A DNA stretch of 64,000 nt from an uncultured Pseudomonadota bacterium (GTDB lineage Bacteria; Myxococcota_A; Polyangia; Fen-1088): contig CAVTSM010000003.1 of assembly GCA_963737345.1 (NCBI GenBank), positions 2,099,171 to 2,163,170 on the forward strand. Reading direction: 5' to 3'. A model generated the notes under the pieces. The model was not told where the DNA came from. It did not search any database and was given only the letters and a program-made list of their open reading frames with translations. The position numbers were made by a program, and so were the translations under genes. The stretch's first letter is position 1. Each line of letters starts with the position of its first letter. Of the stretch, positions 1-10,963 are shown piece after piece.

Positions 1-1107
1 CAGGCCCAGCGACAGGATCCCCCAGGCGCCGCAGACGCCGTGCACCGACGACGCGCCCACGGGGTCGTCGATCTTGAGGACGTTCTCGATGAACAGCGCC
101 GAGACGACCACCAGCATCCCGGCCACCAGGCCGATGAAAATCGCCACCGGCGCGGTCACGAAGGCGCAGGGCGCCGTGATGGCCACCATCCCGGCCAGCA
201 TCCCATTGCACAGCATGCTGACGTCCGGCGTGTCGAACCGAAACTTCATGTACAGATACGCCCCGAAGGCCCCTGTCGCCGAGGCCAGCATCGTGTTCAC
301 CGCGATGACGGCGATGTGGGTGTCCATGCCGGACAAGGTCGAGCCGGGGTTGAAGCCGAACCAACCGAACGCCAGGATGAACGTCCCCAGCACGGCCATC
401 GGGATGTTGTGTCCGGGGATGGGTTGCGCCTTGCCGTCGGCCGAGTACTTGCCGATGCGCGGGCCCATCATCTTGGCGCCCACCAGCGCCGCCACCCCAC
501 CCACCATGTGGACGACGGAGCTGCCCGCGAAGTCGACGTGTCCGTGTCCGAGGCCAAAGTTGTGGCCCAGCTGCGACAGCCAGCCACCGCCCCAGACCCA
601 GTTCGCGTAAATCGGGTAGATGAGCGTCGAGATGACGAAGCTGAAAATCACGAACGACGTGAACTTCCAGCGCTCGGCCATGGCGCCGGTGGGGATGGTC
701 GCCGTGGTGTCCATGAAGACCATCTGGAACAGGAACAGCGCCGCGACCGGCGCCGTGTAGACGGCGGGCGACAGAAAAAAGCCGCGCATTCCAAACAGGC
801 CGAACTCTCGGCCGGCGATGTGAATGACCATCTCGCTGGACAGGGTCGCGTCGTTCCCGAAGGTCGACAGCGCCCCCACGCCGCCCATCTGCAGGCCGAA
901 CCCCAACGCCCAGAACCCGATGATGCCGATCGCGTAGACCAGGAAGTTCATGCCCATCGTGTGGGCGACGTTCTTTGCGCGCGTGAGACCGGTTTCCACC
1001 AGCGCGAACCCGGCCTGCATGAACATGACCAGGAAGCCGGTGACCAGCGTCCAGACGATGTTCAGCGCGGTCTGGCCGGAGAGGACCATCGTCCTCAGCT
1101 CGGCCAT
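1..1107 (-). CDS. amt: Ammonium transporter (Amt family), 3' end outside window
   Basis: Reverse-strand translation from ATG (complement 1105-1107, RBS aagggg upstream) reads MAELRTMVLSGQTALNIVWTLVTGFLVMFMQAGFALVETGLTRAKNVAHTM...VDFAGSSVVHMVGGVAALVGAKMMGPRIGKY...HGVCGAWG, a typical Amt/MEP transporter. No stop within window. It is absent from the ORF track because it is partial. The forward ORF 40..1212 is its R/H/G-rich shadow. Confidence 0.85.
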   Translation of the reverse strand, partial: MAELRTMVLSGQTALNIVWTLVTGFLVMFMQAGFALVETGLTRAKNVAHTMGMNFLVYAIGIIGFWALGFGLQMGGVGALSTFGNDATLSSEMVIHIAGREFGLFGMRGFFLSPAVYTAPVAALFLFQMVFMDTTATIPTGAMAERWKFTSFVIFSFVISTLIYPIYANWVWGGGWLSQLGHNFGLGHGHVDFAGSSVVHMVGGVAALVGAKMMGPRIGKYSADGKAQPIPGHNIPMAVLGTFILAFGWFGFNPGSTLSGMDTHIAVIAVNTMLASATGAFGAYLYMKFRFDTPDVSMLCNGMLAGMVAITAPCAFVTAPVAIFIGLVAGMLVVVSALFIENVLKIDDPVGASSVHGVCGAWGILSLGL

Positions 1108-1293
1108 CCCCTTGTTCAAATCGGCAACGCTCGGATCCAAGTTTGTTCCCCGTCGCGCAGCTTCTCAAACGGCATGTCAAGAAGGTGTTTCCAACACATG
1201 AAATCTGGGTGACGCCGAGCCGCGGCGCGCGCGTTACCCAGAAAGCGCGCGGTCGAAACATTTCGGCTACTTGGCGCGTGGTGACATGGGTCC

Positions 1294-2343
1294 ATGAGCG
1301 GACTCGGAGGCCTCAACAAGTCGCCGGCCGGCGTGGTGATCGGGATGGTGCAGCTGCAGCTGCCGACGGTGACGACCCCCGCGGAGCTGGCGGCTCAGAC
1401 CGACCGGATCGTGGGGATGGTGGGGAAGGCGCGGCGCAACCTGCCGGGGATGGACCTGGTCGTGTTCCCGGAATACGCCCTGCACGGCCTGTCGATGAGC
1501 ACCGATCCCGCGCTCATGTGCCGCCTCGACGGGCCGGAGGTGGCCGCCTTCCGGGCGGCGTGCGTCGCCAACCGGATCTGGGGCTGCTTCTCGATCATGG
1601 AGGCGAACCCGCGCGGCAACCCCTACAACAGCGGGATCATCGTCGACGACCGCGGCGACATCCGCCTCTACTACCGCAAGCTGCACCCCTGGGTGCCCGT
1701 CGAGCCGTGGGAGCCGGGAGACCTCGGCATCCCGGTGTGCGACGGCCCCAATGGCAGCCGGCTGGCGCTGATCATCTGCCACGACGGGATGTTCCCCGAG
1801 ATGGCGCGCGAGTGCGCCTACAAGGGGGCCGAGATCATCATCCGCACCGCCGGCTACACGGCGCCCATCCGCCACGCCTGGCGCATCACCAACCAGGCGA
1901 ACGCCTTTCAGAACCTGGCGGTCACGGCGTCCGTCTGCCTCTGCGGCTCGGACGGGACGTTCGACTCCATGGGCGAAGCGATGATCGTCAACTTCGACGG
2001 CGTGCCGGTGGCGACGGGTGGCGGACGCCCCGACGAGATCATCACCGCCGAGGTGCGGCCCGATCTGGTGCGCCAAGCGCGGCGCACCTGGGGCGTCGAG
2101 AACAACATCTACCAGCTGGCGCACCGCGGGTACGTCGCGGTGAAGGGCGGCGCCGGCGACTGCCCGTACACGTTCATGCACGATCTGGTCGCCGGGCGGT
2201 ATCGCCTCCCCTGGGAGGATCAGGTCGTCCAGGTGGACGGCACCTCTTGCGGTCTCCCCGCGCCCGAACGGCGTTATGCGGCGACTCCCGCGCGCGAGAC
2301 GAGGCCGGAGACGCAGCCCGTCCCGCAGATCAGAGCTTCCTGA
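1294..2343 (+). CDS. amiF: Formamidase / aliphatic amidase (nitrilase superfamily)
   Basis: 349 aa, MSGLGG...VVFPEYALHGLS...EANPRGNPYNSGIIVDDRGDIRLYYRKLHPWVPVEPWEPGDLGIPVCDGPNGSRLALIICHDGMFPE...NNIYQLAHRGYVA...YRLPWED. Near-colinear with Helicobacter AmiF (from memory), including the catalytic Cys in the ICHDG motif. Confidence 0.85.
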   Translation: MSGLGGLNKSPAGVVIGMVQLQLPTVTTPAELAAQTDRIVGMVGKARRNLPGMDLVVFPEYALHGLSMSTDPALMCRLDGPEVAAFRAACVANRIWGCFSIMEANPRGNPYNSGIIVDDRGDIRLYYRKLHPWVPVEPWEPGDLGIPVCDGPNGSRLALIICHDGMFPEMARECAYKGAEIIIRTAGYTAPIRHAWRITNQANAFQNLAVTASVCLCGSDGTFDSMGEAMIVNFDGVPVATGGGRPDEIITAEVRPDLVRQARRTWGVENNIYQLAHRGYVAVKGGAGDCPYTFMHDLVAGRYRLPWEDQVVQVDGTSCGLPAPERRYAATPARETRPETQPVPQIRAS

Positions 2344-2391
2344 GCTGGTGATTGATCGGGGCGGAGCTCGGCTTCCGCTGTCGCCAGCTCG

Positions 2392-3333
2392 TCAGGCGCG
2401 CGCGCCGACCACCAGGGCAGCGCCTTCGATGAAGACGCCACGGTCGGTCACGAAGGGCGCCAGAGCCTCGCGGAGCACGGTCTCGAGGCGCAACTGGAGG
2501 TTCGCCGGCGCCTCCGCCATCGCCCGCGCCGCGGGACCTATTTCGCGCGCGTACGCGACGGCCTCGTCGAGGGAGGCCGCGCCACCAAAGTGAAGGGGCA
2601 TGACGACCGGTTCAATCGTGACGTTATTCCAACCGGCGCCTGCCAGCAGCGCCTGCACCCGCGCGGGATCCGACAAGAAGAATGGCCCGGGGCGGTCGTC
2701 GCCCACCGTGTTCGGCGTCGCTGACGATGGCAGGAGACGCGTCACGGCCTCGAGGGGGCGAGCCGCCCACGGATTCTTGGCGAGCGCTTGCCAGCAAACG
2801 AAAGAGAGCCGTCCGCCGGGTCGCATTCCCCGGCGCAGGTTCCCGAACGCCGCGAGCGCGTCGTCGAAGAACATGACGCCGAAACGCGAATAGAGCGCGT
2901 CGAAGCTGGGGCTCGCGAAGGCGAACGTCTGCGCGTCTGCCAACGCGAGGGAGATTGCCGGCTGCTGCGCCAGCCTCTCCTGCGCGCGGGCGAGCATGGG
3001 CGGCGAGATGTCGATCCCGAGCACGTGGCCCGCCCCGCCCGAGAGCGCGGCGAGCTGGAGCACCGTCTGCCCGCAGCCGCAGCCGACGTCGAGGACGCGC
3101 TCACCCGGCTCGACGCGGAGCCGGTCCATCGCGATCCGGCCGAGCGGGTCGACGAGCGCGTCCGTGCGCTCCTGCATGCGGACCCACGCCAGGCCCGCCT
3201 TCTCGACGAAGGACTGGCTGGAAACAGAAAGGGAAGAAGGGGCAGCCACCGGTGAGGACAACCTGCCCCTGGGATGCTCTGGAGCCCCTTGCGTTACAAA
3301 ATCGAGGGCGCCGGCACCCCCGCCCGGGCTCAC
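2392..3333 (-). CDS. Class I SAM-dependent methyltransferase
   Basis: VLDVGCGCGQ motif I and a Methyltransf_11/25-like layout. GTG start at 3333; an alternative ATG at 3177 (MQERTD...) sits 28 aa before motif I. Confidence 0.7.
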   Translation of the reverse strand: MSPGGGAGALDFVTQGAPEHPRGRLSSPVAAPSSLSVSSQSFVEKAGLAWVRMQERTDALVDPLGRIAMDRLRVEPGERVLDVGCGCGQTVLQLAALSGGAGHVLGIDISPPMLARAQERLAQQPAISLALADAQTFAFASPSFDALYSRFGVMFFDDALAAFGNLRRGMRPGGRLSFVCWQALAKNPWAARPLEAVTRLLPSSATPNTVGDDRPGPFFLSDPARVQALLAGAGWNNVTIEPVVMPLHFGGAASLDEAVAYAREIGPAARAMAEAPANLQLRLETVLREALAPFVTDRGVFIEGAALVVGARA

Positions 3334-3350
3334 GACCGCCCGAGCACGTG

Positions 3351-3436
3351 CGTTACATGCTGAGATCGCGCAGCAGGCCAGTCAGCATCTGCAGCGAGAG
3401 GGCGGACCAGGATTCCTGGTAGTAGGTGCTGCCCGC
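3351..3436 (-). pseudogene. Orphan duplicated 3'-terminal fragment (~86 bp, ~90% identical) of the GH8 gene at 5595-5680
   Basis: Reverse complement reads ...LAGSTYYQESWSALSLQMLTGLLRDLSM*, versus the GH8 C-terminus LAGSTYYQESWTALSLQMMTGLLRDLSM*, with about 8 mismatches. Similarity stops abruptly upstream and there is no long ORF in this frame. Confidence 0.7.
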
Positions 3437-3553
3437 CAGCAGTGGTGCGGTTCGCGGAGCCTCATCTCGAACGACCTTCGCGGGTATCGCCTACGCGAGG
3501 GAAGATGAGCCAAGAGTGTCCTCTGGGTTTGATGCGGATGGTGCCGCGCGCCC

Positions 3554-4516
3554 GTGAACGCGCGCGGCACCATCCGAGGGGGTTACCTAGCGCCCAAGGA
3601 ACTCGACTTCGGCCATCATGAGCGGCGTGTCGTTCTTCTTCTGGATGAGGACGTCCTGGGTCATCAGCCGGACCCGAGATCCGTTAATAAGTTTTGCGGC
3701 GTGCGCCGCGCGGCCACACTGGATCAGTATCTGGCGAGCCCTGTGGGCCAATACCTCGTCGGTCCGACCTGGATCGTCTGGTGGCTGAGCGCGCGCCTCA
3801 ACGGAATCATGTTCTGGGGACGGCCCGAGGAGGATCACGTCCGTGAGGTGACCCGTGCCCTCGACGGCGAGCGTGGGCGCGCGGTGCAGCCCCACGCATC
3901 CATCATAGACGCTCGGCTCATGCAGTCGGTCGGCGTCGGATCATTTCACGTTCTTTCCGAATACGTTCGCGTCAATCGCGTGCTCCTGTCGGGGGTGGTT
4001 GCTGGACAGGCGGTGCTGCGCCCAGGCGGCCTCGTGGGCGCCATCGTCGCGGGGTTTCATTCCGTCCTCGATCCTGGCTATCCGACGCGCGTGTTCGCCA
4101 GCAGCGCGGCGGCGCTGCGCTGGCTCGACGTAGAAGAATCCGCGGAGGTGCTGCAGGAACTGGAGGACATTCGCATGACGGCGGCTGGCGAATTTGCGCT
4201 GGTCGGGGCCGTCCGTGCCGAGCTCGAACGAAAACCTGGGGGCGTGACGCTCAACGACGTGGCCCGGACGCTGGGACTTTCTCCGCGCGATCTTCAGCGC
4301 AAGCTGCGCGAGGCGCAAACGCGTTTCAAGATTGAGCAGCGCGCTGCCCAGGTCCGGGCGGCGAAAGCGTTGATGCTGGAATCCACGCACGAACTGAAGC
4401 ACATCGCCAGCGAAGTTGGCTGCGCGTCGCCGCAACACTTTAGCGTGTTGTTTCGGGAGCTCGTCGGCGAAGCCCCAGGCCAGTGGCGAGAGCGCGCACG
4501 GGCGCGCGACAGTTAG
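3554..4516 (+). CDS. AraC/XylS family transcriptional regulator
   Basis: C-terminal AraC-type HTH (VTLNDVARTLGLSPRDLQRKLRE...LKHIASEVGCASPQHFSVLFRELVGEAPGQWRE). GTG start; the exact N-terminus is uncertain. Confidence 0.65.
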   Translation: MNARGTIRGGYLAPKELDFGHHERRVVLLLDEDVLGHQPDPRSVNKFCGVRRAATLDQYLASPVGQYLVGPTWIVWWLSARLNGIMFWGRPEEDHVREVTRALDGERGRAVQPHASIIDARLMQSVGVGSFHVLSEYVRVNRVLLSGVVAGQAVLRPGGLVGAIVAGFHSVLDPGYPTRVFASSAAALRWLDVEESAEVLQELEDIRMTAAGEFALVGAVRAELERKPGGVTLNDVARTLGLSPRDLQRKLREAQTRFKIEQRAAQVRAAKALMLESTHELKHIASEVGCASPQHFSVLFRELVGEAPGQWRERARARDS

Positions 4517-4541
4517 CGGCACGATGGCCAAGCCCTGACGC

Positions 4542-5579
4542 TCAGGCTTCGTCTTCCGGAAACGCGCCGGCCAACGCGCCGGCGAGGCGATCCGCTGCGG
4601 GATTCTCTCGGACGGCTGCGCGCGTGCGTTCGCGAACGCCGGGGTCGAAGCGACGCGCGGCGAGTCCTGCCACGGCGGCCTCCGCGTCCTGGATCCGGCC
4701 AGTCGCCACGGTGCTGAGGAGAACGGCGAGTGCGCGGTCGTTGCGCTGCAAGCCGAGGGCCCGCAGGGTCGGTGCCCGTTCGCTCGCGCGCGGCGCGGCC
4801 TCCAGGTGCGCGAGCAGCGTCTCGAGCGCCTCCGGCCGCGTGGAGGGACCGAGCACCAGGGCAGCCAGTTCGCGCGCACCTTCGTCAGCGCCATGCAGGG
4901 CATCGCGCAGGCGCGGCAGGGCGTATTCGGGGGCAAGTGCAAGCAGCCCCGTCATGCACGCGAGCATGACCAGGGGATCGTCGTCTCCGACAATCCAGCG
5001 CAGCGCGAGAGCGCCGGCCAACGCCCGGTCACCGTTCGCCGCCAGTGCCTCGGCGGCAGCCTGACGCACCGGCGACTCCGGATCGGCCAGCAGTCCGCCG
5101 GCCACCAGCGACAGGTCGGGATGCGACAGGCGCGCGAGGGCAAGCACGCCGCGCGCCCGTACGCCGGAAGCGGTGTCGACCGGCGGTCCCCAGGCAGGCT
5201 CTTTTTGGAACGTGGTCGTCGCTTCCAGAAAGATCGCGGCGTCACCGTGACTGCCGAAGTCGAGCGCCTCCAACGCAGCCAGCTTGCCCAGGCAACCCGG
5301 ATCGTTCTTGACGGGGTCGACGCGAAGGCGGCGAAACGCGGCGCTCAGGTCGTCGTCGAATCCCGCCAGCGAGTGCTCGCGAACGATCTTCGCCGCTCGC
5401 GCCGCCAGCAGCCCGGGACCAGTCCCCAGCGCCTCACGTAGCCCCGCACGCGCCTCGTCGGAGGACGGCTCCCGAGTGGTCGCCTCGAACCGCGCGAGTT
5501 TCGCCTGGAAGGAGTCGCGCTTTCCCCGACCGCGGTCCCCTGCGCTGGGCGGGTTCGAGCTGGATCGTCGGGCCACCAC
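4542..5579 (-). CDS. HEAT-repeat (PBS-lyase-like) protein
   Basis: Repeated Ala/Leu-rich helical pairs (..VRQAAAEALAANGD.., ..ARELAALVLGP..) typical of HEAT_2 repeats. GTG start. Confidence 0.55.
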   Translation of the reverse strand: MVARRSSSNPPSAGDRGRGKRDSFQAKLARFEATTREPSSDEARAGLREALGTGPGLLAARAAKIVREHSLAGFDDDLSAAFRRLRVDPVKNDPGCLGKLAALEALDFGSHGDAAIFLEATTTFQKEPAWGPPVDTASGVRARGVLALARLSHPDLSLVAGGLLADPESPVRQAAAEALAANGDRALAGALALRWIVGDDDPLVMLACMTGLLALAPEYALPRLRDALHGADEGARELAALVLGPSTRPEALETLLAHLEAAPRASERAPTLRALGLQRNDRALAVLLSTVATGRIQDAEAAVAGLAARRFDPGVRERTRAAVRENPAADRLAGALAGAFPEDEA

Positions 5580-5594
5580 GACTCCAGCCTACCG

Positions 5595-6986
5595 CTACAT
5601 ACTGAGGTCGCGCAGCAGGCCGGTCATCATCTGCAGGGAGAGGGCGGTCCAGGATTCCTGGTAGTAAGTGCTGCCCGCCAGGTCGCCCAAGGTGGCCACG
5701 CTGGCGTAGGCGTCCTCGCGCAGCTGGGCGTAGGTCGACCCGGTCGCCATCGCGCCCACCCCCGCCCCGCCCACGAACGACGCCGCGCGCGGGCTGCCGG
5801 CGTTGACGAATTGCGGGTGCGGGTTGCCGTTCAGATCGTAGCCGTCGACCATCGCCGCGACGGTCACGCCCGCGTAGAAGCTGCTGATCTTCTGCAAGTA
5901 GCTGAGCGCGCGCGGCTCGGCGTTCCAGCAGTAGTCCTGGCCGATGCGGAAGGGCGTCCGGCAGGAATCCAGCTGGTGGTGAATCGGATCGCCCGTGCCC
6001 GCGGGCGGCATCGGCGCGCCGGCTGGTGTCGACCAGGCGGGGACCAGCCCGTTGCTGGCGTTCCCGTTCTGCGTGTTCAGCGTCGCGGCGAGCACCGTGT
6101 ACGTCGCTTCGACCGTCTGGTTCCAGCCTGCGTTGCCCGACACGCGCGCGAACACGCGGTAGTACGCCGGCGCGAAATACGAGATGTTGATGACCGAGCC
6201 GTCGGCGAATTGATCGCCCGGCGTCAGCACGTTGTTGCGTCCGTGGTCGACCTCGTGCTGCCACATGGCGTCGATCAACTTCTTGGCGGCCGCCAAGTAC
6301 GTGGTCGAGAGGCTGCCCTGCCCTCCCCAGCGCTTGTCGGCCATCGCCAGCGCGAAGGCCATGTCTTCGTCGGCGTCGCTGGCGGCGCCGGTCCCCAGCG
6401 CCTGCGTTCCGGCGGCGTTGATGTACCAGTTCATGAGGCCGTTTCCGTCCAGCCACAGGTTCGCGTACTTCCAGAACTTGTCGAACGACGCCTGATCGTC
6501 GGCGTAAACCGCCAACAGCATCGCGTAGCCGATCCCCTCTGAAACCGTGGAGTTGACCTCGGCTCCCGAAGAGTTCGGCCGCTTGACCCGAAGGAAACCG
6601 CGGGCACCGTCGCTGGTCACCAGGTCGGCCATCCACTTCGCGTAAGCCGCCTGGGCGTCACTCAGCTTGGCCGCGGCCGGCGCCGCGCAATGGCCGGCGC
6701 CCGGAATGCTGAGAGCGGTTGCCGCGCCGCCGGCTCCCCCACTGGCCGCCACGCCGCCCGCGCCGGGTGCGGCGCCCCCGGCCCCGCCGCGTCCGATGGT
6801 CGCGCCGCCCCCGCCGCTGCCGCCCGCGGCATTGGGAACACCGCCGCTGCCCGTGCCGGAGCCGCCCGTCGAGCCACCCGATCCAGTCGATCCGCCCGCG
6901 CCATCCGGATGACCGGGCGACGCGCAGCCGGTCGGTTGGGCCAGCAGGCAGAGCATAAGCAAAGGAAGCGCAGGGGACCGAAACAT
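5595..6986 (-). CDS. Secreted glycoside hydrolase family 8 (endoglucanase/chitosanase-type) with Gly/Ser-rich linker
   Basis: ATG at complement 6984-6986 with RBS ggagga. Signal peptide MFRSPALPLLMLCLLAQPTGC. GH8 catalytic motifs NSTVSEGIGYAMLLAV and ASDADEDMAFALAMADKRWG. The track ORF extends to a TTG at 7007. Confidence 0.8.
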   Translation of the reverse strand: MFRSPALPLLMLCLLAQPTGCASPGHPDGAGGSTGSGGSTGGSGTGSGGVPNAAGGSGGGGATIGRGGAGGAAPGAGGVAASGGAGGAATALSIPGAGHCAAPAAAKLSDAQAAYAKWMADLVTSDGARGFLRVKRPNSSGAEVNSTVSEGIGYAMLLAVYADDQASFDKFWKYANLWLDGNGLMNWYINAAGTQALGTGAASDADEDMAFALAMADKRWGGQGSLSTTYLAAAKKLIDAMWQHEVDHGRNNVLTPGDQFADGSVINISYFAPAYYRVFARVSGNAGWNQTVEATYTVLAATLNTQNGNASNGLVPAWSTPAGAPMPPAGTGDPIHHQLDSCRTPFRIGQDYCWNAEPRALSYLQKISSFYAGVTVAAMVDGYDLNGNPHPQFVNAGSPRAASFVGGAGVGAMATGSTYAQLREDAYASVATLGDLAGSTYYQESWTALSLQMMTGLLRDLSM

Positions 6987-7091
6987 CCAGCTCCTCCGTG
7001 AACGCAAGGGACGCCCGCCGCCGCCGAAGCCTGCATCATACGCCGGGTCCGCTGTTTCGAGCCCCGACTTTGCGACCGCCGTCGGGCGCGC

Positions 7092-7898
7092 TCAGAGGCG
7101 GACCGGCAGCCGCAAGTGTCGGGCGTACATCAGGTCCCGATGCGCCAGCAGCGACGCCGGGACGGCGGCGCGCACGCCGGCATCCACCGTCGCGATCGCG
7201 TGACGGACCACGTCCGGCATGGGGCACGTGTCGTGCGGCAGCGGCAGGATCACGCCCAGCACCGTCGCGGCGTAGACGTCCAGCGCCGTGGGCGCGGGGC
7301 CCAGCATGTAGGGGTGTCCGGCGGCGGCGCTACCGGACAGCGTGCGCGCCAGCAAGTTCAGCACCCGGATGGCGCGCGCCCGCGCCGCCACGACGCGATC
7401 GGGCGCGTAGCCGTACTTCGGCGCCAGGTAGGCCGCCACCGGCGCCGGCCACCCTTGCCGGCCGTCGGTGGTCAGGCCGGCGTGCGTCAGCAACAGCCGC
7501 ACGCTCCAGCCGAGGCCGCCCTCCGACAGGATCGCGTGCGACAGGCCGTACATGGTCACGGCCCGATCCTCGTCGTCCGGCACCAGCGACAGGCGGCCGC
7601 CGAGCCGTTCGGCCAACGCCAGGATCTCGGCCCAGCCCGTGCGCGGCGGCTCGTCGTCGAAAAGGACCACCGGCGCGTTGTTGGACCCGGTCTGCTCGCG
7701 CACGGCCTGAGCGAACTTCCGAAACGGCACCAGGACGTAGTCCAGCCCTTTCAGGTCGAACAGGCCCAGCGCCGCCTGTGACCAGGGGCTGGGGACATTC
7801 TCGGCGTACACCACCCTCAGCCCGCGCGCGGCGCGGGCCGTCTCGAAGTCGACGACCGCCATGCCGGCCGCAACCAGCAAGTCCGATGCCGCCGCCAC
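7092..7898 (-). CDS. Glutathione S-transferase-like protein (thioredoxin-like N-domain)
   Basis: 268 aa. The N-terminal VDFETARA...SPWSQAALGLFDLKGLDY resembles a GST N-domain. Weak family-level call only. Confidence 0.45.
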   Translation of the reverse strand: MAAASDLLVAAGMAVVDFETARAARGLRVVYAENVPSPWSQAALGLFDLKGLDYVLVPFRKFAQAVREQTGSNNAPVVLFDDEPPRTGWAEILALAERLGGRLSLVPDDEDRAVTMYGLSHAILSEGGLGWSVRLLLTHAGLTTDGRQGWPAPVAAYLAPKYGYAPDRVVAARARAIRVLNLLARTLSGSAAAGHPYMLGPAPTALDVYAATVLGVILPLPHDTCPMPDVVRHAIATVDAGVRAAVPASLLAHRDLMYARHLRLPVRL

Positions 7899-7959
7899 CA
7901 GTGCGGGCGGCGAGGCCCTTCACCTACCGGGTGCGAAGCGGGCCCCGGTTTGTTGCGAA

Positions 7960-9713
<1,754 letters not shown>

Positions 9714-9722
9714 GATGCGCGC

Positions 9723-10283
9723 GTGCGCATCGAAGCCATATCCATCGGCCGCAACCCGCCCGACGAGATCAACGTCATCATCGAGGTCCCCGTCGGTGGC
9801 GAGCCGATCAAATACGAAATGGACAAGGACGCCGGGACGCTGGTGGTCGACCGCTTCCTGTACACGTCCATGCGCTACCCCGGCAACTACGGCTTCATCC
9901 CGCACACGCTGTCAGGCGACGGCGACCCGGTCGACGTGCTGGTCGCCAACCAGCGCGGCGTCGTGCCGGGCGCGGTCATGGCCGTCCGCCCGGTGGGCAT
10001 CTTCCTGATGCAGGACGAAGCCGGGCTGGACGAGAAGATCCTGGCCGTCCCGGCGACGCGCCTCACGCGCCGCTACGAACAGGTCCGCAACTACACCGAC
10101 TTCCCCGAGATCACCGTCAAGCAAATCGAGCACTTCTTCGCCCACTACAAGGACCTCGAAGATCACAAATGGGTGAAGGTCATCGGCTGGGGCAACGTGG
10201 AGGACGCCAAGAAGGCCATCCTCGAGGGAATCGCCCGCGCCAAGGAGCCTTCCCCGATCCGATCTCCCGGTTCAGCCGTATAG
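9723..10283 (+). CDS. ppa: Inorganic pyrophosphatase
   Basis: GTG start. [74 protein letters not shown] is a family I PPase signature. Confidence 0.9.
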   Translation: MRIEAISIGRNPPDEINVIIEVPVGGEPIKYEMDKDAGTLVVDRFLYTSMRYPGNYGFIPHTLSGDGDPVDVLVANQRGVVPGAVMAVRPVGIFLMQDEAGLDEKILAVPATRLTRRYEQVRNYTDFPEITVKQIEHFFAHYKDLEDHKWVKVIGWGNVEDAKKAILEGIARAKEPSPIRSPGSAV

Positions 10284-10310
10284 AAGCGAACCCCAAACAG
10301 GAGACCCGAC

Positions 10311-10922
10311 ATGCATCCGACCAAAATCCTCTCGTTGGCGCTGGGAGCGTCCGTTCTGTGCGCGGCCGCCGCCGCGCGGGCCGAGGCGCCCAAGCCAGCG
10401 CCCGCCGCCGCTGCGCCGGCCGCGCCCGCGCCCACGGCAGCTCCCATGCCGCCCCCGGGACCGCCCATGCCCTCCAAGGAGCTGGATGCGTTCATGAAGC
10501 CGTTCGAGGGGAGCTGGAAGTGCGAAGCGACCTTCCCGGCAGGCACGATGGGCCCGACCGAGATCAAGGCCAAGGGGACCGTCAAGTTCAAGAAGGACAT
10601 GGGCGGCTTCTTCTGGAAGGGCGACTACCAGCTGACCAAGCAGAAGGGCGTTCCGCCCATGGCCGTGCAGTTCTGGATCGGCCACGACCAGGGCTCGGGC
10701 CAGCTCACGTTCACGTCCGTCGACAGCATGGGCGGCACCGTGATGGAGGCCGGCAAGCCCGAAGCGGACAGCGTCACCACCATCGGCGAGGGCTACATGA
10801 TGGGCCACAAGGTGAAGATCAAAGAGACGATGTGGCACAAGGACAAGACCGGCGGCCACACCGCAGAGATGGACATGGGCAAGGGCTGGATGTCCATGGG
10901 CAAGGACGAATGTAAGCGGTAA
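10311..10922 (+). CDS. Secreted hypothetical protein (signal peptide plus Ala/Pro-rich linker)
   Basis: RBS ggagacc then ATG. Signal peptide MHPTKILSLALGASVLCAAAAARA. Lys/Met/Trp-rich mature domain. Confidence 0.6.
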   Translation: MHPTKILSLALGASVLCAAAAARAEAPKPAPAAAAPAAPAPTAAPMPPPGPPMPSKELDAFMKPFEGSWKCEATFPAGTMGPTEIKAKGTVKFKKDMGGFFWKGDYQLTKQKGVPPMAVQFWIGHDQGSGQLTFTSVDSMGGTVMEAGKPEADSVTTIGEGYMMGHKVKIKETMWHKDKTGGHTAEMDMGKGWMSMGKDECKR

Positions 10923-10963
10923 GCAGGAACCTCGGAGACGCCGGCGGCCAGCGCCGCCCGGCG

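Noticed and set aside
40-1212. 390-aa forward ORF rich in R/H/G/D
   Set aside because: Antisense shadow of the amt gene. Its composition is typical of a wrong-frame translation of high-GC coding DNA, and the reverse strand encodes a clean Amt transporter.
5434-6636. 400-aa minus ORF and 243-aa plus ORF overlapping the GH8 gene
   Set aside because: Alternative frames of the GH8 CDS. Only the 5595-6986 frame carries the signal peptide and GH8 motifs.
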